Below are positions 61,101 through 64,000 of a stretch of DNA of 64,000 bases, piece after piece. How positions within the stretch are numbered: position 1 is the first letter of the stretch; each line of letters opens with the position of its first letter. This DNA comes from Candidatus Latescibacterota bacterium (GTDB taxonomy: Bacteria > Latescibacterota > UBA2968 > UBA8231): assembly GCA_965219385.1 (NCBI GenBank), contig CBDCNM010000001.1, positions 1,166,631 through 1,230,630 of the forward strand, given 5' to 3'. The position numbers and the translations under genes were made by a program. Below the pieces are notes generated by a model. The model was not told the origin of the DNA. It saw only the letters and a list, made by a program, of their open reading frames with translations, and made no database searches.

Positions 61101-61250
61101 CTAAGAAGCCCTCAACCCGTCTCGGTCCCCCCGTATCAGCGGCGGCCGACCGGGACCGCCGGGTTGCCATTTGCGGGGCGGCAGCAACGGTTGGAGGAGC
61201 GGCCATTGCGCGTCAATCAGATCTGTCGGATATTGAGGGGACGTACTCAT
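61101..61250 (-). pseudogene. IS5-family transposase N-terminal remnant
   Basis: Manual translation MSTSPQYPTDLIDAQWPLLQPLLPPRKWQPGGPGRPP... matches the YPSDLTD.QW..L.PLLP...GRP start of IS5-family transposases; stops after 49 codons. Confidence 0.75.
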
Positions 61251-61336
61251 TGGAGACCTTTCGTTTCAGGATGCGGAGCTTGTCGAAACCTGAAGGTGTT
61301 CGGTGAGGACGCTTCCGGCCAGGCCGCGCCGACCCC

Positions 61337-61460
61337 AAAAACCATCGGACAACGCCGTTCAAATAGACTAAACTTTCTCGAACCCATGCCCCAAACCAAC
61401 GAAACCTCCTTCAACGTCCGGCTGTTGGACGTGCTGCGGACCAAGCATCCGCGCTGGCGC
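61337..61460 (+). repeat. Direct repeat copy 1 (124 bp)
   Basis: Matches 63364-63487 with 7 mismatches by manual alignment. Confidence 0.95.
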
Positions 61461-61498
61461 AGAGCAACAGGACCGTCCCTTAAAAAAGGAAGGGACTT

Positions 61499-62839
61499 AT
61501 GGACCTTGAGTTGAAAATTGAGAATTTTGGACCCATCGACGAGGCGACCATCCAAGTTGGCCGGTTCACGGTATTCGCCGGGCCGAACAACACCGGCAAG
61601 ACGTTCGTGTCAAAGATGCTGTATTCGATTCTCGGTGCGAGGAATGCGAATTATGCGCGAGTGTTTTTGGCTGTGATAGCCCGCCCCATAGAATCGAATT
61701 TGCAACTTTTCGAGCAGAGCGGTCGAGTGGTAGAAGAACGCCCCTTGTCCGCAATTAAAAAGGGACTCCAAAAGATCGACTCTATCCTACGGGAGGCGTT
61801 CTCAAGTTATCCGAGCCAAAATGAAATTGATCGGCTCAAGGCGGTTCATCCCGAATTGATGGCTGAAATCGAGGAGATAAAGGCCCATTCCCAAGCCCTT
61901 AAAAGCAACGTTAAGATAAAAGAAGAAGACCTTTATGCTCGCAGTCTCGAAAACTGCATAAGCATTTTGGAAAGCAATTTCATGGATGGGGAATCGGCGA
62001 TTGAGTGGGGACAGCATTCCAAGCTTCGCCAGAACATACAGGGAAATTTTCAAGCATCTGATCTTTCAAATCTCAAGGGGGACGGCGATTCCCCTTTTTA
62101 CTTTAGCGTTGAAGGAGTGGGGGAATTACGGGAAACAGAAAAGTTTTTCACGTTCACTCCCTATCCGCAAATCGTTCAAAACATGCAGTCATTCCCTGAA
62201 GCCTTCTATTTAGAGTCTCCGCTTTATTGGAAACTAAAAAGTGCCCTGGAGTCGATTAAGCTCAATCCACGTTCTCCTTTCAGGGATTCTTTGAACGGAG
62301 TCCCGGATTACTTCTACGACATGGCCGTTGCCCTCAGAAAGAAGCGTATCGAACATCCTTTCTCCAGGATCCATGAAGGTCTGCACGATGCGATTGGCGG
62401 GCGGATTTCACTGAGTGAAGCGGGCGATCTTGAATTCCAACAAAACGGCAAGTCGATTCCGCTCTCTCTCACGTCGGCGGGGGTTGCAAACATGGGAATG
62501 CTGGCCTTGCTGATTGAGCGAGGGGCCTTAGACCGAGGATCTTTTCTTTTTATCGATGAACCTGAGTCGAATCTCCATCCGGCTTGGCAAGTTGAGATGG
62601 CGGCGTTCCTCTTTGAATTAGCCCGTCAGGGGGTCAATGTGGTGGTCTCCACCCACAGCATGACGATCCTCAAGTGGCTTGAGGTGCATGTAAAGGAAAA
62701 ACCGGAAGACCGGGAACTGGTCAAGTTGAATAAGTTTCCGCCGGACGCCGAATGGAACGACGACATGGACGCGGTGATGGCAGAAGTCAAACAGTTGTTG
62801 ACTAAGCCTTTCTCTGATCTCTACATCAAAGGGCTGTAG
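61499..62839 (+). CDS. ABC-type ATPase (AAA_15/AAA_21-like), no TM domain; putative defence ATPase
   Basis: IENFGPI, Walker A GPNNTGKT, Walker B FIDEPESNLHP, H-loop STHS; visibly AT-richer than its flanks. Confidence 0.88.
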   Translation: MDLELKIENFGPIDEATIQVGRFTVFAGPNNTGKTFVSKMLYSILGARNANYARVFLAVIARPIESNLQLFEQSGRVVEERPLSAIKKGLQKIDSILREAFSSYPSQNEIDRLKAVHPELMAEIEEIKAHSQALKSNVKIKEEDLYARSLENCISILESNFMDGESAIEWGQHSKLRQNIQGNFQASDLSNLKGDGDSPFYFSVEGVGELRETEKFFTFTPYPQIVQNMQSFPEAFYLESPLYWKLKSALESIKLNPRSPFRDSLNGVPDYFYDMAVALRKKRIEHPFSRIHEGLHDAIGGRISLSEAGDLEFQQNGKSIPLSLTSAGVANMGMLALLIERGALDRGSFLFIDEPESNLHPAWQVEMAAFLFELARQGVNVVVSTHSMTILKWLEVHVKEKPEDRELVKLNKFPPDAEWNDDMDAVMAEVKQLLTKPFSDLYIKGL

Positions 62840-62840
62840 A

Positions 62841-63398
62841 ATGCCCTTATCCCAATTCGCCGAGCCAATAAGCTCTGCCGGCGGCGGCCTAAAAGCGTAT
62901 CGGATGGACAGCACAGTGAGAGAGTCCGACATGCGCCGCGCCGCCGGACTTGGGACATGCGAGTGCTGCGACTATGTAACGATCAGCAAGGACAGCCAAA
63001 GCATTGTTTTTATTGAGGAAACCGACTTAGAGCGCACGATAATTGATTTCAAAGAAAAATATGATTACCTCAACGACGACGACCAGGTTGACTTGCTTTA
63101 CGACGAAGTTCTTAAAGGGCACCGGCTTAAACTTTACGGGTCGATGTTGGTCCTGTGTCGCCTGTCAAGCTCGCGGGGCAATGTGAGAGCGTTTCTGCCA
63201 GAGAATGAGTTTCAGTTCTGGCTCGTAACGACCAGCACGGCTTCGTCGGACTCTGTTATACTGATAGATCACCTGACAGACAAGTTGAGAGATTTTCTAA
63301 AAAGTCCATTAACCAGAGAGATGATGAATGTGGTCGATATTATTCCGTCAACTGAGCTGGCCGAAAAACTATCGGACAACGCCATTCAAATAGACTAA
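62841..63398 (+). CDS. Hypothetical partner of the ATPase, possible PD-(D/E)xK-like fold
   Basis: Starts 1 nt after the ATPase stop; CDY...VFIEET motif; same atypical composition. Confidence 0.65.
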   Translation: MPLSQFAEPISSAGGGLKAYRMDSTVRESDMRRAAGLGTCECCDYVTISKDSQSIVFIEETDLERTIIDFKEKYDYLNDDDQVDLLYDEVLKGHRLKLYGSMLVLCRLSSSRGNVRAFLPENEFQFWLVTTSTASSDSVILIDHLTDKLRDFLKSPLTREMMNVVDIIPSTELAEKLSDNAIQID

Positions 63399-63487
63399 AC
63401 TTTCTCGAACCCATGCCCCAAACCAACGAAATCGCCTTCAATGTCTGGCTGTTGGACGTGCTGCGGACCAAGCATCCACGCTGGCGC
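63364..63487 (+). repeat. Direct repeat copy 2 (124 bp)
   Basis: Matches 61337-61460; offset 2027 bp. Confidence 0.95.
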
Positions 63488-64000
63488 GACCGCACCGGCG
63501 TGGAGCAACACGGCGTCTTCCGCGAGACCGCCCGGCGGCCGGACTTGGTCATTCGCCCGCCGGGCGGCATTCCGGTCGTCCTCGAAACGGAGTTTCTGCC
63601 GGCGCACAGCGTCGAGGAAGACGCCCAAGCCCGCCTGGGGAAATTCTTGCAGTACAACGGCGATAGAATCGAGCAGACCATCGCCGTCCAGATTCCACGG
63701 GAACTGAGCCGGGTGCCGCAGGCAGACTTGGAGCAGCATATCGAGGCCGCCGAGTTCCGCTACTGCACGTATTCGCTGCAAGCAGCGGGCACTGCCGTGC
63801 GCTGGCCGGCCACGGGCTGGCTCGACGGCAGTGTTGACGATCTTGCCAGTTGTATTGAAAACGTCTCACTGTCCGAGCGGCTGCTCACCGAGGGAACGCA
63901 GATTCTGGAGCAGAGCATCGGCGAGGCCGCCGGCAAGTTGCGCGAAACAGCCGGCTCCCACGCGCTGGAGAATATGGCGCAGTCCCTCCATCAAGAGGAC
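63413..64000 (+). CDS. 3'-truncated ORF, N-terminal nuclease-like domain of a probable restriction-modification-type protein
   Basis: Absent from the ORF track because it runs off the window. Manual translation MPQTNEIAFNVWLLDVLRTKHPRW...RRPDLVI...PVVLETEF... is open to 64000; PD...ExE motif. Confidence 0.65.
   Translation, partial: MPQTNEIAFNVWLLDVLRTKHPRWRDRTGVEQHGVFRETARRPDLVIRPPGGIPVVLETEFLPAHSVEEDAQARLGKFLQYNGDRIEQTIAVQIPRELSRVPQADLEQHIEAAEFRYCTYSLQAAGTAVRWPATGWLDGSVDDLASCIENVSLSERLLTEGTQILEQSIGEAAGKLRETAGSHALENMAQSLHQED

Noticed and set aside
60348..61385. 388-aa + strand ORF
   Set aside because: Antisense to the M50B gene and the IS remnant; only its last 42 codons (from 61386) are meaningful, as the duplicated stub.

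Overview
High-GC bacterial chromosomal window. The FlgD-Ig/'PNPFNP' C-terminal domain and the cadherin/FN3 giant protein suggest an FCB-superphylum organism, possibly host-associated (inference). Bases 1-10.1 kb hold a 5'-truncated giant surface protein with cadherin-like blocks and 15 near-identical tandem FN3 repeats; its C-terminal sorting module is split off by a one-base frame offset in C-tracts. Bases 10-60 kb are mostly metabolism and transport: nitrilase-family hydrolase, fused indolepyruvate oxidoreductase, rpiA, TRAP and TAXI transporters, ilvD, lgt, an MCE/Mla-type operon, folA, aminotransferase, nadC, tandem ABC exporters and proS. Bases 61-64 kb are an accessory region. Highlights: (1) a candidate ether-lipid pathway, made of an ElbD-architecture multidomain enzyme with degenerate ligase and acyltransferase motifs plus a strikingly animal-like alkyl-DHAP synthase followed by an SDR; (2) a candidate proline-sensing leader-peptide attenuator upstream of proS; (3) a 2-kb ABC-ATPase plus putative nuclease cassette flanked by 124-bp direct repeats that duplicate the 5' end of a restriction-modification-like gene; (4) a 245-bp MITE with TIRs and a 5-bp TSD. 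No rRNA, tRNA or CRISPR array was seen. All protein family calls come from motif recognition by eye, not from database searches.
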